A DNA stretch of 64,000 nucleotides from a virus, in IMG/VR virus record IMGVR_UViG_3300023184_003849, positions 32,001 to 96,000 of that record, one strand, 5' to 3'. Positions 1 to 7,294 of this stretch are shown piece after piece (positions within the stretch are counted from its first letter, which is position 1; every line of letters starts with the position of its first letter). The notes under the pieces are model-generated. The model was not told the origin of the DNA. It worked only from the letters and a program-made list of their open reading frames with translations, and did no database searches. Position numbers and translations under genes: made by a program.

Positions 1-2
1 GA

Positions 3-188
3 AAACTTGCTCACGAGGCTGGATTGCCTACATACAATCCAGAAGGTATTCCAACTAAGTTAGAAAAGTTCGCCGAGTTGATTGTTCGGGAATGTGCTCA
101 GGTCGCGGACCAATGGGTCAATGACGAAGACAATGGCCACAACTTGGTCAGTGACCGATTGCGACAACATTTCGGAGTTGAAGAATGA
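3..188 (+). CDS. Hypothetical phage protein, 5' truncated (EKFAELIVREC...HFGVEE family)
   Basis: Open frame read by hand to TGA 186-188; ATGA overlap with the next gene; resembles 20602-20823. Confidence 0.7.
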   Translation, partial: KLAHEAGLPTYNPEGIPTKLEKFAELIVRECAQVADQWVNDEDNGHNLVSDRLRQHFGVEE

Positions 189-421
189 ATAAGATTAGTC
201 AATATCTGATGAGCATCAATCGTCCGCCTTATGTGGCTGGTCGGCGGGTAGGGCAGGCCACGCCCTGTCAAAGTTATAGCGAGCCTGCTTGGTTTATCTC
301 GTTCCTGGATGGCTATACTCATATCAACAACCCTGTGTTCACAGATGAAGATGGTCTGAACTCGGCACCCACTATTCACGAATACGCAACAAATTTAGGA
401 TATGAACCATGTATGAACTGA
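185..421 (+). CDS. Hypothetical protein
   Basis: ORF track; ATGA coupling to upstream gene; GGAG upstream. Confidence 0.6.
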   Translation: MNKISQYLMSINRPPYVAGRRVGQATPCQSYSEPAWFISFLDGYTHINNPVFTDEDGLNSAPTIHEYATNLGYEPCMN

Positions 422-606
422 TATTTACATTTTTGGTTGTGACCAAGGCCGGGCTTCCTGGCTTTCACATAGAGTACATGGGTCAATTTAGAGCCATAGA
501 GGATTGTGAAAAAACTCGAGTGGTCATGATCGAATACACAGACCGATTGGTACGAGAAAATAGAATGTTTCCCGGTGTGTTTGAATGCAGAAAGGTTCAA
601 CGATGA
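409..606 (+). CDS. Hypothetical protein with N-terminal hydrophobic segment
   Basis: ORF track; AGGA SD; coupled to neighbours. Confidence 0.6.
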   Translation: MYELIFTFLVVTKAGLPGFHIEYMGQFRAIEDCEKTRVVMIEYTDRLVRENRMFPGVFECRKVQR

Positions 607-873
607 ACCGAGAAATTACACTAACACCTGAGGGTGGCCGATTCTATCGCGCCATGGCATTCCATTGGGTCACAGTGGCCTTATGTTTGCCGCCCTTGAT
701 GGCACTACATGATTGTAGCAATATTGAATCCATTTTGGTTTAGAGATTCAATGTTTAACTGGGTAGAACGACGAGTCAACTCATTCACACGTTGGCGTAA
801 TAATGTGAAATACCGGATCTATCTCAACTGTGATCCTGTTGTTTGGCACACCCTTCGAGGAGATTTAAAATGA
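603..873 (+). pseudogene. Frameshifted hypothetical membrane protein (or sequencing error)
   Basis: MNREITLTPEGG... frame continues as MIVAILNPFWFRDS...GDLK in the +1 frame near 708; both ends have ATGA overlaps with flanking genes. Confidence 0.5.
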
Positions 874-1271
874 CCATGCCCGCTGGCCGATACTACATCG
901 GCGATCTTTGTTACGTAATGCACGACGTCTGGGACGAGGTTTGTAATTTGTTCTTCCCGCCTCACGAGCCCGCAGGACGTGGCCATGAAGGTGAGTTCGT
1001 TCTGAAGGACGGTCGACGCTTTGCCAGTTTTGGCACTGCCTATGGCGATGGCACATATCGTTCCAGTATCAGCACTGAACACTCGGTAGACTCTGGCTCT
1101 ATTGGTTGTATCCGTGTTGAAGACATTCGCGATGATGCATATGATGATATAGAACGCCTGGGTGCCATTATTGATTTCGCTGAGTCATTTGAAGTTGACA
1201 GCGATGCTGGCCTACTTAAATTTGGGCATGTGTCGATTGAAACCAACAACGACTACGAATTTGAAGAATGA
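870..1271 (+). CDS. Conserved phage hypothetical protein (YIGDLCY / TAYGDG / VDSGSIG motifs)
   Basis: ORF track; GAGGAG SD before ATG 870. Confidence 0.75.
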   Translation: MTMPAGRYYIGDLCYVMHDVWDEVCNLFFPPHEPAGRGHEGEFVLKDGRRFASFGTAYGDGTYRSSISTEHSVDSGSIGCIRVEDIRDDAYDDIERLGAIIDFAESFEVDSDAGLLKFGHVSIETNNDYEFEE

Positions 1272-1576
1272 ACAAAGTTGTTCGTGACGGTCTGGTAGCG
1301 GTACTGTATTCGCCCCAATTTGGTGGCGGTTGGTATACCTGGAATCCCGGCCATCCCGAAATCTTGTTTGATCCTGCCATAGTTGAATTTGTAGAACAGG
1401 GAAAGACCGAAGAACTACAGGTGTATGTCACGCTGAAATATCCTGACATCTACACTGGTGGCATGGAAGGCTTGACCATTGAATGGATTCCGCAAGGTGT
1501 GCGTTTTAGAGTAAACGAATATGACGGCAGTGAAAGCATTGAAATACAGGATCATGTGAACTGGCTTGAGGCTTGA
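1268..1576 (+). CDS. Conserved phage hypothetical protein (EYDGSESI motif)
   Basis: ORF track; ATGA coupling. Confidence 0.75.
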   Translation: MNKVVRDGLVAVLYSPQFGGGWYTWNPGHPEILFDPAIVEFVEQGKTEELQVYVTLKYPDIYTGGMEGLTIEWIPQGVRFRVNEYDGSESIEIQDHVNWLEA

Positions 1577-1601
1577 CACTAAATAGTTTTCCTAGTATAG
1601 T
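1573..1601 (+). promoter_or_regulatory. sigma70-like promoter
   Basis: TTGACA-17-TATAGT just upstream of the tRNA at 1611. Confidence 0.7.
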
Positions 1602-1610
1602 ATTTGACAC

Positions 1611-1696
1611 ACAACGGACGCCGTATTGGTCGCAGGCCCTAGACTCATAATCTAGTTCGAAAGACACTGTGGGTTCGAATCCCACCCGTTGTACCA
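1611..1696 (+). tRNA. tRNA with CAT anticodon (Met or Ile2) and extended variable region
   Basis: Acceptor ACAACGG/CCGTTGT, anticodon arm CTAGA-CTCATAA-TCTAG, T arm GTGGG-TTCGAAT-CCCAC, encoded CCA. Confidence 0.85.
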
Positions 1697-1704
1697 ACAC
1701 AACC

Positions 1705-2184
1705 ATGACCAAAGTAAATTCTAGTCCCCAACGTCACACATTCCAACACGGCAAAATTGAGTTGGAAACCGTGCTGAAAGATATCCGCAATCAGGATCGC
1801 CTAAAACTGGCTGATCCAGAGTGGCAAAAAGACAATCTAGAGTACGACTTGCGTAGTACCAAATGGATCTGCGACAAGACCAAAAGTACCAAGACCTATG
1901 CTCAAAACTTGTATGCGGCCCTGTGCAACAATGACTTTCAAAAGAACGCGGTATGGACCAGGCTTGAAGACAAAGTATGGAGTTGTAGTTGGCGTCATGC
2001 CGGGGGTATTGTGGCTGACATGCGTGAAGAGGGTGACTACATTGACTGGTACTGCTCGGGCATACAGGGCGAGCCTGATGAGTCATGGATAGACTTGGGC
2101 CATATTCCTGAAGGCACTGTAACAGATCAAATCCGTGAAGACTTGTTTCGCCTGGGCTGGCTGGTGCTTGAGTCTAAGAACTAA
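1705..2184 (+). CDS. Conserved phage hypothetical protein (YAQNLYAALCNN, GDYIDWYCSG)
   Basis: ORF track; start moved to the first ATG after the tRNA. Confidence 0.75.
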   Translation: MTKVNSSPQRHTFQHGKIELETVLKDIRNQDRLKLADPEWQKDNLEYDLRSTKWICDKTKSTKTYAQNLYAALCNNDFQKNAVWTRLEDKVWSCSWRHAGGIVADMREEGDYIDWYCSGIQGEPDESWIDLGHIPEGTVTDQIREDLFRLGWLVLESKN

Positions 2185-2201
2185 AATTTTCTATAATCCA
2201 C

Positions 2202-2265
2202 ATAGAAAAATACAATAGCAAAAATCTTGTTTTTGCTTGATTTCATTGATATATACTATTACAAT
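2202..2265 (+). promoter_or_regulatory. ahpC promoter with possible OxyR-like site
   Basis: ATAG-N7-CAAT at 2202-2216 upstream of TTGATT-17-TACAAT (2237-2265); ahpC genes are canonical OxyR targets. Confidence 0.4.
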
Positions 2266-2313
2266 ATATACTCAGTGCAAATACTGAGTTTCATTTCAAC
2301 AAGGAGATTATCA

Positions 2314-2853
2314 ATGAAAACTGTAGGCGATCGTTTGACCCCATTTGCCATCACCGGCGTAAAACCCGGACAACCTGATGACGCTTTCTATACCATCACT
2401 GACGAATCATTTGAAGGCAAGTGGAAAGTGATTGTGTACTATCCAAAAGATTTTACATTTGTGTGCCCCACAGAAATTGTAGCATACGATAAACTGGCTC
2501 AAGACTTTGAAGACCGTGATGCAGTATTGCTAACAGGTTCAACAGACAACGAGTTCTGCAAAGTGGCATGGCAAAAGAGCCACGATGACTTGCGTAAGAT
2601 CACGCATCATCAATTTGCTGACACACAGCGCGGTGAGTTGAGCCTGATTGAGCAGTTAGGTGTATTCTACGCTCCAGCAGGTGCGGCACTTCGCGCAACA
2701 TTCATCATTGACCCTAACAACGAAATTCAACACGTCTCTGTCAACAACCTGAATGTTGGTCGTAGCCCAGAAGAAACCTTGCGTGTTCTTGATGCCCTTC
2801 AAACAGGCGAACTGTGTGCATGTAACCGTACCATCGGCGGCGAGACTCTGTAA
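2314..2853 (+). CDS. ahpC: Peroxiredoxin AhpC
   Basis: YYPKDFTFVCPTE peroxidatic motif, GRSPEETLR, C-terminal GELCAC; AAGGAG SD. Confidence 0.95.
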   Translation: MKTVGDRLTPFAITGVKPGQPDDAFYTITDESFEGKWKVIVYYPKDFTFVCPTEIVAYDKLAQDFEDRDAVLLTGSTDNEFCKVAWQKSHDDLRKITHHQFADTQRGELSLIEQLGVFYAPAGAALRATFIIDPNNEIQHVSVNNLNVGRSPEETLRVLDALQTGELCACNRTIGGETL

Positions 2854-3506
2854 TGTTAGAAACCATCTGCGAAACACTGGTAGAAGCCTATCGTAGAAAC
2901 TGGATTACCAGTCGCGATGGTAATGTCAGCATACGCCACCATGACCGTGATCATTTTTATATCACACCGTCGGGTGTGCGTAAGCAAACACTACAACCAG
3001 ATCAGTTTAAAAAAATCCGGCTGATCAACAGTATCAGTGCCGCACCACCATTTTTGACCCAGACATGGCAAGAGGATGATTACACAGACATCAGCAGTAA
3101 TCTCAGACCCAGTGGTGAGATACCCTTGCACTTTGGTTTACAACGGCAAATGGGCCAACATGCCACGGATGTGCGTGTGGTTGTGCATTTACATCCTACC
3201 TATTGTGTTGCGGCCATGCATGCGGGTATTGACTTGAGTACTATTGTCACGGACTTTCCAGAACTGAGTCGTTACACCAAGGTTGCACCTAATGTAGGCG
3301 ATGTCAAACCCATCAGTCAAGAACTTGCAGACTGTTGTCATCACAATTTGAAATTAGATTCTGATGGCACGATTGCCTATGACATTGTGGGCATCAAAGG
3401 ACATGGTGTTGTGGCTATTGATACCTCACCATGGCGGGCTTTTGAGCATATTGAGAGATTGGAACATATTTGTAAAATTGTATTATCATCAAGGAGATTT
3501 CAATGA
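2853..3506 (+). CDS. Class II aldolase/adducin family protein
   Basis: GNVS, ITPSG, PSGE..LH, VHLHP, GHGVV motifs. Confidence 0.9.
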   Translation: MLETICETLVEAYRRNWITSRDGNVSIRHHDRDHFYITPSGVRKQTLQPDQFKKIRLINSISAAPPFLTQTWQEDDYTDISSNLRPSGEIPLHFGLQRQMGQHATDVRVVVHLHPTYCVAAMHAGIDLSTIVTDFPELSRYTKVAPNVGDVKPISQELADCCHHNLKLDSDGTIAYDIVGIKGHGVVAIDTSPWRAFEHIERLEHICKIVLSSRRFQ

Positions 3507-4018
3507 CAGCATGGGTTGATCAACTCAAAGAAGGCTTGCCCGAGTATGCCAAGGACACAAAGTTAAACTTGGACGCAGTGATCAAGCGTGGCACCATTGA
3601 TCCAGAGCAAGCAGAAGCCATTGCCTTGGCGGCCGCCTTTGCCACAGGCAATGGTAAATTGGTATCATTCATCCAAAGCAACATTGCCAACACAGTGGAA
3701 CGTGATGCGGCACTTACAGCCGGTTCAATCATGTCAATGAACAATACTTGGTATCCTTACGTTGAAATGGCGGAAGATCCTGCACTCAAAGGCTTGCCAG
3801 CACAACTTAGAATGAATGCCATTGCCACACACGGTGGAACTACCAAGGCTCGCTTCGAAGCCTACAGTCTGGCCGCTTCAATAGTAGGCAAGTGCCATTT
3901 TTGTGTGCGGGCTCACTACGAAACCTTGAAAAAGGAAGGCTACTCAGTTGAACAACTGAGAGATATTGGTCGTATTGCGTCTGTAATTGCCAGCGTTGCT
4001 CGTGTGCTGAACAGTTGA
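3503..4018 (+). CDS. ahpD: Alkyl hydroperoxide reductase AhpD
   Basis: PEYAKDTKLNL, MSMNNTWY, GKCHFCVRAH (CxxC..H). Confidence 0.95.
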   Translation: MTAWVDQLKEGLPEYAKDTKLNLDAVIKRGTIDPEQAEAIALAAAFATGNGKLVSFIQSNIANTVERDAALTAGSIMSMNNTWYPYVEMAEDPALKGLPAQLRMNAIATHGGTTKARFEAYSLAASIVGKCHFCVRAHYETLKKEGYSVEQLRDIGRIASVIASVARVLNS

Positions 4019-4162
4019 GCAAGAAGCAAAACCAGTTGACCGGTGTTGGTCATTGAAACTGTTGCGAAGCACTTCACATTGAGTCAAGGTCTCAACAGGC
4101 CTTGACTCTTTGATCAAGGTATGATCGGCAGTGAAAATAAACAAAGTCAAAATGTATTCCAT
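3944..4162 (-). CDS. Small hypothetical protein
   Basis: ORF track; TATAAT immediately before ATG; the 3' end overlaps ahpD antisense. Confidence 0.35.
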   Translation of the reverse strand: MEYILTLFIFTADHTLIKESRPVETLTQCEVLRNSFNDQHRSTGFASCSTVQHTSNAGNYRRNTTNISQLFN

Positions 4163-4241
4163 ATGATTATATATCCTACTAAACGTTGGAAAATGCCTGG
4201 TTTGTTATACAGAGTTTTTGGATTAATATAACCTGCAAAAC

Positions 4242-4286
4242 TAATACTTTTGTATTATTGACCAAAATCTCCATCTGTGTTATAAT
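4242..4286 (+). promoter_or_regulatory. sigma70-like promoter with upstream TAATAC-N4-GTATTA palindrome
   Basis: TTGACC(4258)-17-TATAAT(4281); palindrome at 4242-4257. Confidence 0.75.
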
Positions 4287-4306
4287 TACACACTAAGGAG
4301 AAAAAA

Positions 4307-4774
4307 ATGCCATGGATTGAAAACGTAGCCGCCGCAGATGTACCCATGAGGTTTCATCACGAGGCTGGTGAAAATTCCATGTTGATTCAGATCATGGATC
4401 CGTGCCCTACATGGTGGCCCAATCCTGCGCATAACTTTCGAGAAACACATCGTTTTGAATTTTTGGATGCCGAAGACAAGGACGGCTTTCCAGACGAGAC
4501 AAAGATCAGCGATGTCCAGGCTCAAGAGATTGTGCGCCTGTTGCAACATGCACTGGCCAATCACATGAACGTGGTTGTGCATTGTATGGCAGGACTTTGC
4601 CGTTCAGGTGCAGTGGCCGAGGTTGGTGTGATGATGGGCTTTGATGATTGTGAACGCACTCGTATACCTAACATTCGCGTCAAGCATCGCTTGATGAAGG
4701 CCTTGGGATGGACATACGACAAAAACGAACAGCCAGACGAAGCAGCCTGGCGCCGAATGAAACTAGATTATTAA
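4307..4774 (+). CDS. Protein-tyrosine/dual-specificity phosphatase-like protein
   Basis: VHCMAGLCRS (HCxxGxxRS P-loop); AAGGAG SD. Confidence 0.85.
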   Translation: MPWIENVAAADVPMRFHHEAGENSMLIQIMDPCPTWWPNPAHNFRETHRFEFLDAEDKDGFPDETKISDVQAQEIVRLLQHALANHMNVVVHCMAGLCRSGAVAEVGVMMGFDDCERTRIPNIRVKHRLMKALGWTYDKNEQPDEAAWRRMKLDY

Positions 4775-4784
4775 GGAGGCAACG

Positions 4785-5390
4785 ATGCCCGCAGTATTTT
4801 TGACAAGCGACACACACTTTGGACACGCAGGTGTATGTCGTTTCACGCACCCAGATGATCCTGAAGTGAAATTGCGTCCCTGGACTGATCCAGACGAGAT
4901 GGATGAAGCCATGATCAAGAACTGGAACGAACGTGTTCGCCCCAGCGACAAGGTCTACCACTTGGGTGATGTGGTGATCAACCGTAGAGCCTTGAAGACA
5001 TTGAGTCGTTTAAACGGCGACAAGGTTTTGATCCGTGGCAACCACGACATCTTCCGCGATGACGAGTACCGCGAGTACTTTCGTGAATTGCGGGCGTATC
5101 ATGTGTTGAACGGCATGATCTTGAGTCATATCCCTGTGCATGAAGCAAGTTTGGGTCGCTTTGGTGTAAACATTCACGGCCACTTGCATGCTACTCGTGT
5201 TAAGCGAGCACGTGGAGTTGACGCAAAGACTGGGACTGTGTTATACTCTACTGAGATTGATCCACGCTATCATTGTGTTTGTGTGGAACAAACTGACTTT
5301 GCACCTATCTTGTTTGAAGACGTGATCCGGCGTATTGAAGCAGAAGGTGGTGTAGTTGGGTTTAAATCCGGCAACGGCCCTACAATGTAA
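4785..5390 (+). CDS. Calcineurin-like metallophosphoesterase
   Basis: SDTHFGH, HLGD, GNHD, HGHLH motifs. Confidence 0.92.
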   Translation: MPAVFLTSDTHFGHAGVCRFTHPDDPEVKLRPWTDPDEMDEAMIKNWNERVRPSDKVYHLGDVVINRRALKTLSRLNGDKVLIRGNHDIFRDDEYREYFRELRAYHVLNGMILSHIPVHEASLGRFGVNIHGHLHATRVKRARGVDAKTGTVLYSTEIDPRYHCVCVEQTDFAPILFEDVIRRIEAEGGVVGFKSGNGPTM

Positions 5391-5427
5391 ATTTTTACAA
5401 AAGGTAAATAAAAGTTCACACAAGGGG

Positions 5428-5456
5428 TTGACAAGGTATAAATAAACCTATACAAT
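5428..5456 (+). promoter_or_regulatory. sigma70 promoter heading the tRNA island
   Basis: TTGACA(5428)-17-TACAAT(5451); predicted +1 at about 5463, the A of the leader ATG. Confidence 0.85.
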
Positions 5457-5462
5457 AAGCAC

Positions 5463-5609
5463 ATGATGAAACATTCCGCACATTATTCAAGACCAGTTTA
5501 TCAGAAGACGCTAAGTCTGGGCACATGCCCCGCCTTGTGGTCGGCAATTGAGAACATGAATAATGGTCGTGAATCAGACAACAATAGGGTCCAAGGAGAC
5601 AGAGTATAA
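5463..5609 (+). CDS. Putative leaderless attenuator leader peptide, 48 aa (MMKHSAHYSRPVYQKTLSLGTCPALWSAIENMNNGRESDNNRVQGDRV)
   Basis: Translated by hand; ATG at the predicted TSS; its 3' end overlaps the antiterminator arm. Confidence 0.6.
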   Translation: MMKHSAHYSRPVYQKTLSLGTCPALWSAIENMNNGRESDNNRVQGDRV

Positions 5610-5639
5610 TTTAATACATACTCATACTTCAAAGACCCT
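5586..5639 (+). promoter_or_regulatory. Putative antiterminator hairpin
   Basis: AGGGTC(5586-5591)/GACCCT(5634-5639), GGAG(5595-5598)/CTTC(5627-5630), GAGTAT(5602-5607)/ATACTC(5618-5623); sequesters the terminator 5' arm. Confidence 0.65.
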
Positions 5640-5668
5640 GGATTAAAAACCCAGGGTTTTTTGTTTTT
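5631..5668 (+). terminator. Intrinsic terminator (attenuator)
   Basis: AAAGACCCTGG-ATTAAAAAC-CCAGGGTTTTT followed by a U-tract. Confidence 0.85.
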
Positions 5669-5681
5669 GATAAAGGAAAAA

Positions 5682-5837
5682 ATGACAGATACAAAATCTA
5701 AACGTCAGGCAGAATACACGCGACAGCACACACTAACCGAAGCAGATCTTCGCAAGATGATGGCAGAAAAGTTAGAACGTGCTCGAGCGTGGCATAATGC
5801 CCTTATCAAACGACGAGTTCTACAAGAGAACCGTTGA
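5682..5837 (+). CDS. Small basic hypothetical protein, 51 aa (MTDTKSKRQAEY...LQENR)
   Basis: AAGGA SD; translated by hand; below the ORF-track cutoff. Confidence 0.6.
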   Translation: MTDTKSKRQAEYTRQHTLTEADLRKMMAEKLERARAWHNALIKRRVLQENR

Positions 5838-5870
5838 TTCACCTAGTGGTGACAGGAAACGCGATCCCGC

Positions 5871-6042
5871 AACACACTCTAAACAGTTGCAAATGGGCGG
5901 CCTCGGGGATGGAGTTCTTCTTGTAGAACAAAAAATCCGAGCGTATCGAAGCATATCAGTTGCCAAAGGCATCGTGCGGCCATTCAAGGTCGGGGTTTGT
6001 GATCTTGGTGTGCTTCGATACACACATTTGCAAGAGTGTGTT
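5871..6042 (+). ncRNA. Unknown structured RNA preceding tRNA-Leu
   Basis: AACACACTCT/AGAGTGTGTT and TTGCAAATG/CATTTGCAA closing helix; internal 16-bp helix GTATCGAAGCATATCA/TGGTGTGCTTCGATAC. Confidence 0.55.
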
Positions 6043-6045
6043 CAT

Positions 6046-6136
6046 ACCCTGGTGGCGAAATTGGCAGACGCACTTCTCTCAAAAGGAAGAAGGAAAAACA
6101 CCTAAGTTGTGAGTTCGAATCTCATCCAGGGTACCA
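6046..6136 (+). tRNA. tRNA-Leu(CAA)
   Basis: Cloverleaf, long variable arm, CCA. Confidence 0.92.
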
Positions 6137-6140
6137 TGTT

Positions 6141-6232
6141 GGAAGATAATGCAGGTGCGTTGGTGCGCCGACTGGCCTTGAAAACCAGGTTCCGAGAAAT
6201 CGGATGGGGTTCGACTCCTCTGTCTTCCGCCA
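6141..6232 (+). tRNA. tRNA-Ser(TGA)
   Basis: Cloverleaf, long variable arm, G73, CCA. Confidence 0.9.
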
Positions 6233-6238
6233 AGTTGT

Positions 6239-6312
6239 TCGGGAATAGTGTAATGGTAACACCACAGACTTTGACTCTGTTATTCTAGGTTCGAGCCCTA
6301 GTTCCCGTGCCA
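6239..6312 (+). tRNA. tRNA-Gln(TTG)
   Basis: ACAGA-CTTTGAC-TCTGT, CCA. Confidence 0.92.
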
Positions 6313-6344
6313 AAACAACTGTTGTAAAAACGCAACAGCCAGCA

Positions 6345-6373
6345 TTGACCAATAATCCAGTTGATGCTACAAT
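6345..6373 (+). promoter_or_regulatory. sigma70 promoter
   Basis: TTGACC-17-TACAAT; upstream palindrome CTGTTG-TAAAAACG-CAACAG (6319-6338). Confidence 0.75.
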
Positions 6374-6417
6374 AGAACTTAACAAAGCAACAAAGTAGAT
6401 CGCGACTGGTTGCACAA

Positions 6418-6428
6418 GATCTTTAAAA
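6418..6428 (+). promoter_or_regulatory. boxA-like antitermination site
   Basis: GATCTTTAAAA about 40 nt after the predicted TSS, as in rrn leaders. Confidence 0.5.
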
Positions 6429-6436
6429 TCAACAAA

Positions 6437-6627
6437 GAGGTTACCAGACCCGTTAGTGGCGTTGGTAGAGGTTGTGAGTGTACCGGCGGGTACACGCCTA
6501 CTACCAGTCATGAAGCCGGCTCTCCCCCTGGCGGGGTGATCCAGAAAAGCGGCGGATCGTCTGGCAGTAATGACCGTGGTGACTTGGCCTCGCAAGCCAA
6601 GCAGAACGAGATCCACAACGGTTCCTC
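6437..6627 (+). ncRNA. Unknown GC-rich structured RNA
   Basis: GAGG/CCTC closure; CCAGAC/GTCTGG, TGGTAG/CTACCA, GTGTACC/GGTACAC and ACCGT/ACGGT helices; no credible ORF. Confidence 0.55.
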
Positions 6628-6642
6628 AATGTAAAACTACAT

Positions 6643-6718
6643 GCTCGGTTCATCTAGTGGCCCAGGATAGTGCCCTTTCACGGCATTCACACCGGTTCGA
6701 ATCCGGTACCGAGTACCA
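6643..6718 (+). tRNA. tRNA-Glu(TTC)
   Basis: Cloverleaf, CCA. Confidence 0.92.
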
Positions 6719-6877
6719 AGGTTTTTATAGTCAAGCATCGATAAGGTATCGTGGCAGGACGCTGTCACTATGCGGGCCCAACCGGCCGGGAACGGGTCCT
6801 AATATAACTGCATCGGCTGTGGAACGGAAGCACCGGACTCCTAAATTGGCATTCTCGGTGCTTGACTATAAGAATTT
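6719..6877 (+). ncRNA. Unknown structured RNA filling the tRNA-Glu/tRNA-Asp spacer
   Basis: About 20-bp closing helix TTTTTATAGTCAAGCATCGA/TCGGTGCTTGACTATAAGAA; internal hairpins (GTGGCAG/CTGTCAC). Confidence 0.6.
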
Positions 6878-6952
6878 GGTCTCAAAGTGTTCATGGACGC
6901 ACACGAGCCTGTCACGCTCGAAGAAGGGGATCGTTACCCCTTGAGACCGCCA
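6878..6952 (+). tRNA. tRNA-Asp(GTC)
   Basis: CGAGC-CTGTCAC-GCTCG; atypical T loop ATCGTTA; CCA. Confidence 0.88.
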
Positions 6953-6957
6953 AGTTT

Positions 6958-7020
6958 GAAGCCACACCGCCTGGGCACTTCTCTCAGCAATGAGACACTA
7001 GGTCCTGCAACCGTGGCTTC
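6958..7020 (+). ncRNA. Small structured RNA or 5' UTR element upstream of feoA
   Basis: GAAGCCAC/GTGGCTTC, CCTGG/CTAGG, TCTCA-GCAA-TGAGA. Confidence 0.4.
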
Positions 7021-7039
7021 TCCCTTTATGGAGTTGACC

Positions 7040-7294
7040 GTGACTGATACATTACGAGACTTGTTGTCAGGTGCCTCAGCCATCATTGACCATGTTGCAG
7101 GCAATCACAGTTATAGCACAAGATTGCAGTCCATGGGATTTCAATCAGGACAAACTATTCGGGTTCTCAGAAGAACCGCTCATGTCATGCATGTTCGCGT
7201 GGGTAGTACTGAGTGGGCCATACGTGATCAAGATGCAGAATTAGTAAAAATTATTCCGGAAAACCCGAGCAAGGTGCATGGGCGTGACTGTTAA
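7040..7294 (+). CDS. feoA: FeoA (SH3-like ferrous iron transport A) family protein; stop codon lies inside tRNA-Asn
   Basis: RLQSMGFQSGQTIRVLR...VRVGSTEWAIR FeoA signature; GGAG SD before GTG 7040. Confidence 0.8.
   Translation: MTDTLRDLLSGASAIIDHVAGNHSYSTRLQSMGFQSGQTIRVLRRTAHVMHVRVGSTEWAIRDQDAELVKIIPENPSKVHGRDC

Noticed and set aside
6719-6877. Y RNA, 6S or SRP identity for the stem-closed RNAs
   Set aside because: No Ro-binding bulged helix, SRP GGAA loop motif or clear 6S central bubble could be seen by eye; left unassigned.
5779-6944. ORF-track ORFs across the tRNA/ncRNA region (5779-6105, 6122-6616, 6410-6634, 6570-6944; likewise 8112-8912, 10225-10660, 11434-11619)
   Set aside because: They overlap tRNAs or structured RNA, lack SD sequences and have no protein-like motifs.
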